Source: Malacoraja senta (Eukaryota). From it: 64,000 nucleotides of DNA. The notes beneath the pieces were generated by a model that was not told the DNA's origin, ran no database searches, and was given only the letters and a program-made list of their open reading frames with translations. The position numbers were made by a program, and so were the translations under genes. The stretch covers positions 4,650,001 through 4,714,000 of the forward strand of contig CM075991.1 of the NCBI GenBank assembly GCA_038087875.1. The letters are read 5' to 3'. Positions 1-13,639 of the stretch are shown here, piece by piece (the first letter of the stretch is position 1; each line of letters opens with the position of its first letter).

Positions 1-538
1 TCCATCTTCAGGGGTATTGAATCTTCACTACTTGTCCTTCATAGTTTCCTCAGATTTAGCACAATTGGCCAAAATGAAGCTTTCTTGGAACAAACAGAAG
101 AATAAATTACTTTTACGTGAAAAAAAATTCAACATAAATGTAGTAATTTATATTAATCTGAACAACATAATCAGCAGAGAAAATTATGTTATATGTGGGA
201 ATGTAAAGCAGATTAATTTTCATTTTCACTGTGGATTAAATACCTCAGATGCAGTATGTCAAAGGCAGATGCTGTGCACAGCTCCTCTGGCGTTGCCCTG
301 ACAACCCAGATTTTTGTTTTAAGACATGCAAATATATTTTTAGTAACTGAACTCATACTTTAGGTTGCTTGGAATCAAGCTCAGAAACAGATCAAATGAC
401 AACACTTGTTGACTTGATCAGTTTCCCTTCTAATTTGTCAAATGGGAAATAGTAGGGCTTTGCTGCAGAAAACAACATTGTTGCTTTTGGTCACGGAAAA
501 AGGTAGAGACCGAGTTGGTTATAATATCAATCGTGTTA

Positions 539-920
539 AGGGCCTGTCCCACTTTCCCGAGTTAATCACGAATTCTCTCAAGTTTTCCCCTTGATTCAAA
601 CTCGCAGACTGTTCGTAACGGGTCCATAGGAGGCCGTAGAAGTCCGTAGATATATCGTAGCGGCTCGTTATGCCAGCCGTAGGTACTCGGGACGTTTATT
701 CCAGCCTGATAAAAATTGCACGAGTAAAAAAAGTCGGGAGGATGCCCCGAGTTGCTACGGCTGGCATAACGAGCCGCTACGATTATATCTACGGACTCCT
801 ACAGCCTCCTACGGACCCGTTACGAACATTCTGAGAGTTTGAATCAAGGGGAAAACTCGGGAGAACTCGTGAATAACTCAGGAAAATTCGTCAAAATCTC
901 AGGAAAGTGGGACAGGCCCT
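539..920. mobile_element. PIF/Harbinger-type MITE, largely palindromic
   Basis: TIR AGGGCCTGTCCCACTTTCC at 539 and its reverse complement ending at 920. TTA on both flanks (536-538, 921-923) is the typical Harbinger TSD. Long internal inverted repeats, no ORF. Confidence 0.85.
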
Positions 921-1189
921 TTAGCTTATAAAAGTTGGAGTTTCAGTTTTCCCTGGAGGCAGAATCTGAAATTACCCATACTTTTCGTGGCAGCACATTG
1001 GTCAAAATTTCTGTTACCAAGTCATTAAAACAAAGTTCTTCAATAGTTGCTCCATACTTATAAATCTACTGCAACCAAGGACTGCACCCATGTGGTTTGT
1101 CAAAGTTCCCAAAGATGGGCTTCACTTCCTCAGAGGTAGTGCATACATATACAACAAACTGAGATAGAATTAAGTTTGATTCTGCCTAC

Positions 1190-2900
1190 AGGCAGCAATT
1201 GAAGAGCACACCCCCAGAGGTGTGGACTGTGCAGAGCTGGTCGGTGGGGGGGGGGGGGGGCAAGAGGAACAACTCCTGGACTGTTTGGAGTCTATAGACT
1301 GGGCAATGTTCAGGGACTCGGCAACGGACCTGAATGAATATGCCACAGTCGCTACAGTCTTCATAAAGAAATGTGTGGAGGACTGCATCCCAACAAAAAC
1401 CTTCCGAGTGTTTCCTAATCAGAAGCCTTGGATGAACCATGAGATCCGCATTTTTCTGAAGACCAGATCTCGGGCATTCAGGTCTGGTGATATCAAGGCT
1501 CGGTGAGGGACGACCACAGTCTAGGGTCCTTCCGCTGCTGGACATGGGGGGGCAGGGTGTGGTGGAGACGCCCCTCAAAATAAGGGAAGGGATTCCACGC
1601 CGGTGGGCCACATGAGTGCCAAGGGTGGGGTACAAATTTGTGATATTTGAGCAATGTATGTAGACTGTATTGAACAATTTGTAAAGCTTCCTAAAATGTC
1701 GGATGAATTTTTTGCACAGTTCATGTATTGTATATATTTATTACCTGAATAAAGTCTATTTTGAAATAAAAAAATTCTACAGCTCAGCATTTAATACTAT
1801 TATTCCCTCCAAGCTGGTTATCAAGCTCTCAGACCTGGGTCTCTGCGCATCCATCTGCAATTGGACCCTCGACTTCCTCATGCATAGACCACAGTCTGTC
1901 CGTATCGGTGGAAATGTGTCATCCTCGATAACAATCAGCACGGGAGCACCTCAAGGCTGCGTGCTCAGCCCCCTGCTGTACTCACTCTATACTCATGACT
2001 GTGTAGCCGGACATAGTGCGAACTCCATCATCAAGTTCGCCAACGATACCACTGTCGTGGGATGTATCAATGATGGGGACGAGTCAGAGTATAGAAGCAA
2101 GATCAACCGATTGACCAAATGGCGCCAGCACAATAACCTGGCTCTCAACACCAGCAAAACCAAGGAACTGATTGTGGACTTCGGAAGGGGTAGGATGGGG
2201 GTCCCACAGTCCCGTTTATATCAACGGGTCGATGGTGGAAAGGGTCAAGAACTTCAAATTCCTGGGCATTCATATTTCCAAAGATCTCTCCTGGTCCCAG
2301 AACATTGATGCAATCATAAAGAAAGCACATCAGCGCCTCTACTTCCGGAGAAGATTACGGAGAGTCGGTATATCAAGGAGGACTCTCTCGAACTTCTACA
2401 GGTACACAGTAGAGAGCATGCTGTCCGGTTGCATCGTGGCGATGTATGGCACCCTGGGCATCCAGGAGCAGAAAAGGCTGCAAAAAGTTGTAACCACTGC
2501 CCAGTCCATCATCGGTTCTGACCTCCCTACCATCGAGGGGATCTATCACAGTCGCTGCCTCAAAAAGGCTGCCAACATCATCAAGGACCCACACCATCCT
2601 GGCCACACACTCATCTCTCCGCTGCCATCGGAGCCTGAAATCTGCAACATCCAGATTCAGGAACAGATTCTTCCCCACAGCCATCAGATTATTAAACACA
2701 AATTCAAACAAACTATGAGCTTTTACAACCTATTGCACTTTATCTTATCACTGATGTGTGTATATATATATTCTATGGTATATGGACACACTGATCTCAT
2801 CTGTATTTATGACTACAATATCCTGTTGCGCTGCAGCAAGCAAGAATTTCATGGTCCTATCTGGGACACATGACAATAAACTCTCTTGACTTGTCTTGAC
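1190..2900 (+). mobile_element. Rex1/Babar-like LINE fragment (pre-RT region plus RT to 3' UTR), internally deleted
   Basis: Peptides [46 protein letters not shown] (decayed FADD), [18 protein letters not shown]. 3' AATAAA with (CTTGA)-type tail near 2875-2900. Confidence 0.85.
1496..1774 (+). mobile_element. 3' fragment of a poly(A)-tailed non-LTR element lodged in the Rex1-like copy
   Basis: Unrelated to the flanking Rex1 frame. Ends in AATAAA...TTGAAATAAAAAAA. Confidence 0.45.
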
Positions 2901-4033
2901 TTCACATTCCATCCACTGAAAGTGTCTGCATGAATATTTTGTTCTTTGGGAATGCTGCATGATTACCATGTTCGCAAGACATATAGTATTTAAAGTTAGA
3001 AATCTCATTCGGATTTTACCACATGCCTCAGCAATGATGAATTATATATTTTTACAGTCCCTTGTGTCTCCATTGCTACCAAGCAAATGCTTAATGTACA
3101 TACATTTTCTTCTTTAAAACACTATTTTGAAGAGGTAGACTTTGGCTTGAATTTGTGGATAAAACACCGCACAAATACATTTAATATTTATTCATCAGAA
3201 ATATTCAGGCTTCATTCCCTTTTCAGTAGGTTCCAGATTTATGGCTTACTCTTAGAAAACAGTAATTACCTTTGCTGTTTTACTCAGTCAGGTTTGAAAA
3301 TGAAAGCTCCATTTTTGCCACATTGATTTGATGTTATCTTAACACAAAAGGTCAGCTTTAAAATATAAAGAAATAAGCAATTTTATTATTTTCTCACCAG
3401 CTTATTGCATAGGTAAAAGGGAACATAAGAATTGGAACAGACATTTGCTCCAAGTTCTATACACCTGGCATTTATTTGCTTGATACCTAACCTGACACCC
3501 AGTTTGGCAAGACTTTAGTGTTCAAATTTGCATCCATGTTTCCAAATCTCTCCACATGCCATGTCCTTTTACATCTTTCCCATTGTTTCAACCCTCAGAG
3601 TCTTTTTCTCATTCTTGTTTAATCATGCCAGCATTGGCGTCTAAATATTTAGTTGCCCAAGCTTCAGAATTCCATCTCTTTACTTACGATCAACCTCTAT
3701 TTCTCTCTCCTTTAAGATACTGATTAAAAGCTACTTTCTTCCTTTGGTCACTCCTGCTAATAACTTCGGTGCCAGCAAAAGTCTGTCGGTTTCAAGTTGC
3801 AAACATTTATTTTTCATATTAATTATTTGGGATGTGGGTGCATTCAGCAAGACCAACAGTCACTGTCAGTGCTTAAATACCCGTAAGGCAGCAGTGCTGA
3901 ACATCTTAAATCACTGCAGTCATTTAGAAAAAACATGCCTGCAAAGCTACTGGATCGGGAATCCAATGATTTAGAGGTTTTAGCTATTTATTTCTAGGTC
4001 AGAAAGGAGTGCTACTGGAATGAAACCTACAAA

Positions 4034-4966
4034 TAACCATATAATAACCATATAACCATTACAGCACGGAAACAGGCCATCTCGGCCCTTCAAGTCCGTG
4101 CCGAACACTATTTTTTATTAAAACTTTTTACTTCCCCCTAGTCCCATCTACCTGCACTCAGACCATAATCCTCCATTCCTTTCCCGTCCATATACCCATC
4201 CAATCTATTTTTAAAGGATAAAATCGAACCTGCCTCCACCACTTCCACTGGAAGCTCATTCCACACAGCTACCACTCTCCGAGTAAAGAAATTCCCCCTA
4301 ATGTTACCCCTAAACTTCTGTCCCTTAATTCTCAAGTCATGTCCCCTTGTTTGAATTTTCCCTACTCTCAATGGGAAAAGCTTATCCACGTCAACTCTGT
4401 CTAACCCGCTCATAATTTTAAAGACCTCTATCAAGTCCCCTCTTAACCTTCTGCGCTCCAAAGAATAAAGACCTAACTTGTTCAACCTTTCTCTGTAACT
4501 TAGTTGCTGAAACATTCTAGTAAATCTCCTCTGTACTCTCTCTATTTTGTTGACATCCTTCCTATAATTAGGTGACCAAAATTGTACTCCATACTCCAGA
4601 ATTGGCCTCACCAATGCCTTGTACAATTTTATCATTACATCCCAACTTCTATATTCAATGCTCTGATTTATAAAGGCCAGCACACCAAAAGCTTTCTTTA
4701 CCACCCTATCTACATGAGATTCCACCTTCAGGGAACTATGCACAGTTATTCCTAGATCCCTCTGTTCAACTGCATTCCTCAATTCGCTACCATTTACCAT
4801 GTACGTCCTATTTTGATTTGTCCTGCCGAGGTAGCACCTCACATTTATCAGCATTAAACTCCATCTGCCATCTTTCAGCCCACTCTTCCAAATGGCCTAA
4901 ATCTCTCTGTAGACTTTGAAAATCTACTTCATTATCCACACCACCACCTATCTTAGTATCATCTGC
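4034..4966 (-). mobile_element. CR1-clade (HER1-like) LINE, 5'-truncated
   Basis: ADDTKIGG, WAERWQMEFNADKCEV, LYKALVRPILEYGVQFWSP, LERRRLRGDLIEVFKI, GRWD. Microsatellite tail (TAACCATA)n at 4034-4060. Near-identical to 51013-51643. Confidence 0.92.
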
Positions 4967-7900
4967 TTCCATGAAATGGTGTGGCTTCCATGTGTCTGTT
5001 GACCTTGCCCTTGGTATTGGTGTTTGGGAGGTGCTGTCACAGTCCTCAAGGCAAGTCCCATCAATGAATTGCATTGGATTTTCACATAGCAGCAAAAGAG
5101 TCATGGAATTATACAGCATGGAACCAGGCCCTTTAGCCCAACTTGTCCATACCAACTAACATGCTCCATCTACACTAGTCCCACCTACCTGCAATTGTCT
5201 CATATCCTTCTAAACCTATCCTATCCATGTACCTGGCCAAATGCCTTTTAAAGCAGCAGCAGCAGAGGGAAGAAATGTTAAGATGCTGAATGAGATGACA
5301 GTCAGGTAGTTGTTTTGTGCTGGAAGAGATGGAGATTAAGTGTTGTTGATGGTGCACGCATCCAGGCAAGTGGGAAGTATTCTATTGTGCTCCGGACCTG
5401 TACTTATCCTTCTAAATTCCAGTGTACACAAGCCCAGTCGCTCCATTCTTTCAACATACGACAGTTCCACCATCCCGGTTATTTACAGAGCCACACGCAG
5501 ATTTATAATTAAGTTAACATTAATTTTGCATTATGTTAAGCCAGCTGTAATATGGCCATGAATCTGGTTGTACATTATAACATTTGGGTTGTTTAAATTA
5601 ATTTAGGGTTCTACTAAAACATGAGATCTAAGCAGAATGCAGAGACTTACTGAAGCACATGGGAATGGTACCTGAACTGAAATTCTTAAATGTATTAGTG
5701 AAAGGAGCACATTGATCTTTCACAGGCTGAGCTAAGTGTGAAATTTATTGTCAAAATGCATGACTAAACTGCAAATACCACTCAGCACAGATAACGTAAT
5801 TTAGAATTCATGTCCCTAAAAAAACAATTTCCATCTACGTCCAGGCAGTTGATATACAACACTACTAAAACACATTTGTAAAGATACCTTTAAAGGACAT
5901 AAGGGAACTCAGCAACCTAAATTATAATTTCATGTGCAGACCCTAAAACAGGTGGCACATTTTCTGATTACGCATGGAAAGATTTAACTTTAACACAATT
6001 TTAATCTTATAATCAAGGGGATTATGGTATAATCTTAAATGCAATAATAATACAATTCTTCTTCAATAAAGCGCTGGGCTTTGTCATTGAAGTATTTATT
6101 TAAAGCAGATTAAAATTTTCAATTTACCAACAGATTATATTAATTCATGACAGTAATCCTGTTTCCCTGCTTCATAATGAAGTTCTCCTGCATGGAGAGT
6201 CCTGTTATTTCTTTTTATCTATGGATAGTAGACTTACTGACAAGATCAATGTTTATTGCAGTCCTTTTGCTGAAGATCCTGTTAGTCAAGGAATCCCAGG
6301 TTTAAACATTGCAATAGTGATGGAACAGGAAATTACTTCCACCATCAGGATGGTGTGTGACTTGGAGGGGTATCTCCAGGTAATGGTACTTCCACATGTC
6401 TGCTTTTATCCCCCTCCTCAGTGGGCATCTCAGGCTTTGGAGGTGCTGTCACACAAGCATTAGCAAATAATTGTTGTAGGTGGTACATACTGCAGCCATG
6501 TTGTGTAGGTGAGGTAGTAAGGATACATTCAAGATGGTGGATCCGCTTCCCAGAGAGCAATTAATTTCTCCGAGCTAATTTTGAGGTTCTCTAATGAGAT
6601 TGGAGCTGTTCACACCCAGTCACACATAGGGTATTCTATCACTCTGCAGATCTCTGCCTTACAATTGGTGGTATGGCTTGGTGCAGTCAGGAGGTTAATT
6701 CCTTGCTGGAGGATAGCCAGTGTCTTGCGTCAGGGTATATAGGTGGAAGGTCCATTTAAGTTTCTGGTCAACAATATCCCCATGATGCTTTTGTTGGGCA
6801 ATGTAACATTTTGTTGGGCATTGTTCATTCTGAGCTCTTGTTGTGGATGGCCAGTGCACAGCCCCTACGTGCTGTAAATGTTATTTGGCATTCACCTCAT
6901 GCCTGAATGTAGGCCTCAATGCAGTCAAGAAAGGTTAGTCCGTTTTCTGAGAGGATGTGTGAGGAATTGAACATTGTGCAAACATTTGTGAATGAACCCA
7001 CTTCGGATGTATATAATGAGAGGGAAGGGCACTGATGAAGTGGTTAAAGATGGTTCAGCCTAGGACTCTGGCCAAGGAACTCCTCCATCTCCTGCAACCC
7101 TCAGGAACAGAGATGATTGACCTCCAACACTACAACCATGTTTCTTGTTGGGGTTTGTTTGGCAGACCCATTCTGACACCAATGTTTTTCCCGACTGGGT
7201 CATATTTGTCAGTAACACTGCTTATTCACTGATCTTAATGAAAGTCATTGAAGATATTAGCCAGGGTACATTTTGTACCAGTACTGACCAGTGTTTTTTC
7301 CAGGTACTGTTTGTCATGGACAAATATTGATTCATAAGATGAGAGAGGATGGTTAGTGGTAATCAGTCAGATATTTCCTTGCCACTGTTTGACCTGATAT
7401 CATGTGACAGGATGAGAATGAATGTCGAGGAATGCCTGCACCATTCCTTCTTGACTTTAACATCTTGTTTGGTGGATGTGTCTTGATGGTGGGACAAAAC
7501 ATTAAGTGATATGATTAAGGACTCTTGGAAATTGGCAGATGGATGCGATTCTATGAGCACAAAAACATTAGATTGTCACTTGTTTAAACCATCTCAGTTT
7601 AGACATTAGTCCTGATGTTTGCACAAAGTTGATTACACTGGGAGTGAGTCCAAAGCCAAGTCTGATGCTGTGCATCCATCCAATTTTTATTCTTATTGTG
7701 ACTTAAGAACTGAATGGTTTTACAAGTCATTTCAGAAAGCAGTTAAGATCCAATTACAGTATATTGTTGCTGGTCTGTGATCACTTGTAAAATAGTAGAT
7801 TTCCTTCTCCGAAAGACATTTGTAAAGGAAATTTCTTGATTATGTCACACTGAAACTGATTCTATTTGAAAAAAATACAGATTTAATTAATAGAATTCTC

Positions 7901-9409
7901 CAGATGCCATGGTGAGACTTTACTTTAAAAAAGATTATCTTAAAAAAAAGCACAAACTGCTTGTTTCATGTTGCTTTGATCTGAATCATTTTAATCTTGA
8001 GAATGCAGAAATGTAAACAATACAAATTTATTATATATATATATGCATCAGCAAAACATGAAAATATTTATATATCTGGGATTCCAACCTACAAGGCTTG
8101 TAGGTAGAGACTCATGTCGGCACTTGTCTGTGAAAAGAGCTTGTTTTGAAGGAAACATTTTCATGTCATGCCGATGCATTTTCAATGGGTACAATTAATA
8201 TTATGCTGGTAATCAAATGGACCTAATCGCAAGTTTGATTGACAAGGTATTCCCACCACTTTCATCTCCGTATTTCCCGTAAACCAGTTTTACCATCTTC
8301 TCCAAATCATAACTAGTATTTCTTCAATGAGCTATAACACTGTATTGTAACTTTCCATAATCATTGGTGCGTTTGGGGATAAAGAATAAAGAGAGGATGT
8401 TTATTCTAAATATTTAAGAATTCAAAAGATTGAAGAAACAAATCACTAAACAAAAAAACATTAATGCATATTGTACAAAAGTATGTAGTATAGAGGGCAA
8501 AATTAAGAGCAGAATATTGAACTATTCAGCATTTGTAAAGTTATAGTTAACGTGTGTGTCTATGTTTGGAGACTAAGTTTTGAAAAGAATTAATTGAGAA
8601 TAAGATGCAGAAAATATTTAGAGGTTATACCAAAGATCCTTCTACTAAGAAATGAGACAAGAAAAACTGAGGCTATTTCCATCCTTTGCAATCAGTTCCA
8701 CGCAACGCAAAAGTACCTTTGAGCACAGACCATTTTATCGCCCAATGAAAGAATGGGCAAAACAATGAAGTTGAATAAATTGACACCCAATTTCATCATC
8801 TTGGTAGTATATTTCTGTATATTGATAAATAATATTTTGAAAGATATTTGGGCTACAGATAACTTTTGGAATATTTTTCCTTTTTATGAGGACCCACAAA
8901 CAGAAAAAGTGAACAGGTACTTTGAAAAGTAAGGGTTGCAACCTGGTTTTCCCATTCTTTGATTCAACACAATCATTGTACTATCAGAGTTGAAAGGGCT
9001 GCCACACAGACTGTTTGTTGACCAACATCACAGAATAAAGATGCACTGAAATAGTCTTCTGTTGCCCCTACTTCTCATCAGCGACACATAGATCTTTACC
9101 CAGCATCACATTAAGTGCAGTGGAGACTAGGAACGCTTAAAGCTTTGCCAACTCTGTTCATTTTGCACCAAGGTCTCAATTCCAGGTTCCTTATTTTCCA
9201 TCAGCCTAGCAGGTCACAGAAGTTTTAAAAAATCTCTAAATGTTGTAAATAATGAATGAAAATGAAAAATATTCACAATTTACTTTGATGTCCGTATGAT
9301 ACTTTTCATGGGTTGCTCCTATCACTTTCACTTTGAATTGTTGAAGATTCCAAGACAATATAAGAGTATTTGGAGCCCTTCTGTGGTGCACACTCAGTAC
9401 TTTTAACAT

Positions 9410-9960
9410 TTCCAAGGAATCAGTTTTTTAACTCATCTACTGCATTCGGTGTTCCGACATGGGCTACTGTGCATTGGCAAGACAAAGCGTAGAGTAGGCG
9501 ACCGTCTCGTTGAACACTTACGATCAGTTCACCAAGGCCTACTGAATTTCCCAGCAGCTAATCACTTCAACTCCCCTTCCCATTCGCACATTGTCCTGCC
9601 CTAGACCTCCTCCATTGCCAGAGTGAAGCCACACACAAATTGAACAGCACCTCATATTTTGTTTGGGTAGCTTACAACCCTCTTCAACCACCACCTCCCT
9701 CCTCCACTAAATGTCAGTGAACCAGTTGCACAGTTCACAACAATGTAGTCTGAAGAAGGGTTTCGGCCCAAAACGTTGCCTATTTCCTTTGCTCCATAGA
9801 TGCTGCTGCACCTGCTGAGTTTCTCCAGCACTTTTGTCTACCTTCGATTTTCCAGCATCTGCAGTTCCTTCTTAATCACAACAATGTATCTCAGTATCAC
9901 ACCATCCCTACTCAACAATTGGCCTATCAGGGAACCCCCTTGCTTGAGGTCATTTATATT
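9410..9960 (+). mobile_element. Degenerate Penelope-like element 3' part (GIY-YIG remnant)
   Basis: Similar to 15896-16629: LIYCIRC..IGKTKRRVGDRLVEHLRSV and HFNSPSHS. Confidence 0.7.
9748..9875 (+). mobile_element. Penelope pLTR-derived short insertion with hammerhead-like motif
   Basis: 13-bp TSD TCACAACAATGTA (9735-9747, 9876-9888). Starts GTCTGAAGAAGGGTTTCGGCCCAAAACGTTG; the GAAA box is mutated. Confidence 0.85.
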
Positions 9961-10859
9961 TCTTACCTGATTAAAGAAGAGTTGCCCTCAAAGGCACAAC
10001 TGTTGTCATATATCACTTGGGAACTTATGTGACTTTGTTTCAATTTCTGCAGAAACTTTGAGGTTGCAAATTATGTTGGGAGTCTTCAAGTTCCAACCAG
10101 AGGAAACGGGCTCCGAATGTAGTTAATTGCTTAAGAGTTCTGCACAATAAAGAGCACGACTCAGTGAAGCCTGTAACAATAAATTAAAACAGAAGAATCA
10201 GCTGTTTTGCATACAGAAGTGCTCTAGTCTGCAAATTTGGAATGCTGCAAGAGTCAAAGTAAATTTCTTACTGCTATGGTCATGTATACTTTTAGCTGCA
10301 CTTTTTGCTATTTGTAGACCATTGCCAGGTAACAAAAGGGTTCCTTCATTACATATGCCCGGAATTAAATGTTGTCCAAAAATCAGAAAATACACAAACA
10401 TTACTCTATATGGTGACCATATATCTATATTATTGTACTGAATGCATCAAAAGAACAATAGAATAAGAACAGCTACAAGAAATGGAGAGAGAGGGAAAAC
10501 TACTTCTCCCTTTTTATAAATTCATGTTGGACCTTTGGATACATGTTAAACCTTTGAATTAAATAAATGTATATGTACAGGTGACCATATGTGTATATGT
10601 ACAGGTGACCATAATGGGACAGGGTTTAGAGGGATATGGGCTAAATGCAGGCATGTGATTGATCTTACTAATTCATCTCAATTTTTCCCACATCATCCTG
10701 AATTTTTCTAGAACTCAATAACTCCATAGCCCTCCAGAGTAGAGAAATCTACCCACAGAAAAATGTTTTCCAAATCTCCGTCCTAAATGGCCATTCTTTT
10801 ACTCCGAGATGTAGATCCCTGGTAGGTGGAATCTTTTGCCAGAAGCAACATCTTCCATA

Positions 10860-12240
10860 TATTAATTTCCATATATATATTTTCTCCTTACAATTAATGT
10901 ACTCCATTTGTTTTTTACACTAGTAAAAGGAAAAGATTGAAAGAAAGAAGAAAGTGAAGGAAAAAGTGAGAGTGTAGAAAATGTGACAACAAAAAAGGAC
11001 GAAGACCCTATAAGAACAAAATTAAAAACAAAAGAAAAAGAGTTAAGAAATAGACCCTAGAAAAGAAAGAGAAAGAGAAAAAGGAAAAAGAGAGAAACAA
11101 ATATTTTTATGAGCATTATGCAAATGGGACATACCAACTCTTCAACTATCATCCCCCCCTTACCTGACCTCAATTTTTTTTTTAAGGTACCTTTGCACCC
11201 TATATTTGTAATAATTCTATAAATGCAGACCACGTCAGGTGGAAGTGATCTGGTTTACCTGCTAGGAGGAGTCTTATCTCTTCTAGGTGTAATGTTTCGA
11301 ACATATTTGAAATCCACATGTTTATAGTTGGTATTGGAGCCTTCTTCCAAAATTTTAGAATTAGCTTTTTTCCAGTTATTAACCCATAGTCTATTAGTTT
11401 CTTTTGAAACACATTTAGTTCTGGACCATCTTCCGTTATTCCGAAGATAATCCATTCTGCTTTGGGTATCAGTCTTATTTTAAATAATTTTGTAAAGATT
11501 TTGAAAATTTCATTCCAAAAGTTTTGAATTTTTGTACAGAAAACTAATGAGTGCGCTATAGTAGCTTCTTGGGATTGACATTTATCACAAATAGATGATA
11601 CATTTGGGAAAATTTTATGAATTTTAGTTTCCGAATAATATAATCTATGTAAAATTTTAAATTGTATTAAAGTGTGTCTTACATTAATCGAACATTTATG
11701 CACGTTTAATAAGTGTTCATTCCAACTTTCCTTTGAAATTTTAATAGCTAACTCTTGTTCCCAGTCTCTTCTGATACCCTCCGTAGATGGTATTTGTACA
11801 TTTAAGATAATATTATACAAATATGATATTAAGTTTGCTGATTCAGCTTTTATCTGCATTGCCTCATCCAATACATCTGCTGGGTTATTATAATGATCTT
11901 TTGTATATTTTTTCAAATAGTCGCATATTTGAAAATATTTAAAATATTGATTATTTCCGAGTTTATATTTTATTTGTAATTGTTGAAATGAAAGTAATTT
12001 TCCAGTTTCATACAAGTCACCGAGCGTTTTAATTCCTAGTCTATCCCAATGTGTAAAAGCTTTATCTATAATAGAGGGATTAAACGAAGGGTTATTAACT
12101 ATGGATAATAAAAGTGATAAATTTCTTAATTTTAAATTTTGTTTTATTTGTTTCCAAATTCGGATTGTACTATGAATAATTGGGTTCTTATTATAATTTA
12201 TATTATTCAGTTTCATTGGAGAGAGGAGGAATATTTTAAT
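10860..12240 (-). mobile_element. L1/Tx1-clade LINE 3' fragment (ORF2 C-terminus with zinc-knuckle region)
   Basis: ORF 11200-12393 contains NPIIHSTIRIW, WDRLGIKTLGDLY, QFKILHRLY and C-DKC-x8-H-x4-C, typical of the fish L1-like ORF2 tail. A T-rich 3' UTR follows on the element strand. Confidence 0.8.
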
Positions 12241-12436
12241 GTGACTTCTTATTTTTCCAAATTCCAGAGAATAGAAGCCTAGGCTATCCCTTTCCCTCAT
12301 CAAACTGCAAATCCACCAACTCTCTATGATAAGTATATTGAAATTTTTGTTAAGGGGACCAAAACTATAGGCACATTCGAGGGGCAGACTCAATGGCCTG
12401 TATAATTGCAGTAAAGCATCTTTATTGTTGTGCGCT

Positions 12437-12722
12437 TTTAGTTTAGTTTAGAGATACAGCACGGAAAGAGCCCCTTCAGACTACCGAGTCTGCACTGACC
12501 AGTGATCCCCGCACATTAACATCACTATACACACACTAGCGACAATTTACACATACCAAGCCAATTAACCTACAAACCTGTATGTCTTTGGAATGTGGGA
12601 GGTAACCGAAGATATCAGAGAAAACCCACACGGTCACAGGGAAACGTACAAACAGCCAGCATCCGTAGTCAGGATCATACCCAGGCCTCTGGCGCTGCAA
12701 GGCAGCAACTCTATCACTGTTC
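12437..12722 (-). mobile_element. tRNA-derived V-SINE (HE1-like), nested in a decayed CR1 (about 12240-13400)
   Basis: V-domain-like core (GTGACCGTGTGGGTTTTCTC...CCTCCCACATTCCAAAGAC on the element strand), CR1-like 3' end and (CTAAA)n tail. Confidence 0.8.
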
Positions 12723-13639
12723 TCCTTGTCGCCTTTGTAACTATTTGGTGCACCCGCAGTGACTGTGTATACCAAGGTGTGGTCCTTTGGCCCACTACGT
12801 TCATGATGACTTTTTGCCCATTTACACCAATTCCATTTGATTGCATTAGGTCCATATCCACCCAACTGATCTATGTCAAGCTGTGGTCTTGGAAAACCTT
12901 CCTTGCTATCCATGCCATCTATTTTTGTGTCATCTGCAAACCTACTGATCATATGTCCGACATTCACATCCAAGGTATGGATATATTACAAACAGCAAAC
13001 TTCCCAGCTCCAAACTCTGTGGTACACCACTAGTTACAGATTTCCAATCCAAAAAAATCATTCTTTCGCCACTAACTTCTGCTTCCTATCCAGTTAGCTG
13101 GTTCACCTTGGATCCCTTGACCAGCCTACTACACTAGATCTTACCCAAGATAGCATTAAATCTCTCCTCCGACAGCAACATCTCTTACTTTAACTATGCT
13201 CTTAATCTATTTGCTATACTCCCTTTATCATATAACTGTATACTGTGGACGGCTCAATTGTAATTATGAATTGCCTTTCTGCTGACTGGCTAACACACAA
13301 CAAAAGCTTTTCACTGTACTACAGTATACATGACAAACTAAACTTCTTAGTTACCTCCTCAAAAAACTCCTAGCAGCCCCTTTACACCCTCTTTCTCACT
13401 CACAATTCCAATTTGTTCTGTAAAATCATAACACTCAATTAAGATAGTTGGTTCCGGTTGACATTGATTGTGAATAGTTGGCACTCAAGTACTCATCCCT
13501 CGAGAGCCCCACTAGCCACAGCCTGCCAAAGTTGCTCTTTATCGTAGTCATAGAGCATGGAAACAGGCCTTTTGGTCCAACTTGCTCCAACTAAACTAGT
13601 CCCACCTACCTGCATTTGGCCCAAAACCCTCTATACCTG

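Larger units (their letters stand above)
244..10170 (-). pseudogene. Putative decayed multi-exon gene with RGS-domain-like motifs (RGS22/RGSL1-like, tentative)
   Basis: Exon-like blocks on the - strand. 9967-10170 has strong splice signals (ttttaatttattgttacag| ... CAG|gtaaga) and is phase-compatible with a block starting at 9205. Further blocks at 976-1158 and 244-297. Translations include IETLVQNEQSWQSFKR/FLVST, LTTFGARFLWLELED and IYKYGATIEELCFNDLVTEIL, with frameshifts and stops. Confidence 0.35.

Noticed and set aside
6300..7800. Possible coding region
   Set aside because: Looks like very old LINE debris with only short ORFs; I cannot assign a family or boundaries reliably.
8735..8941. 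YQDDEIGCQF..HCFAH as a KDZ/Zisupton transposase motif
   Set aside because: Only a short resemblance, with wrong spacing and no other transposase motifs or TIRs. More likely part of the decayed minus-strand gene, or chance.
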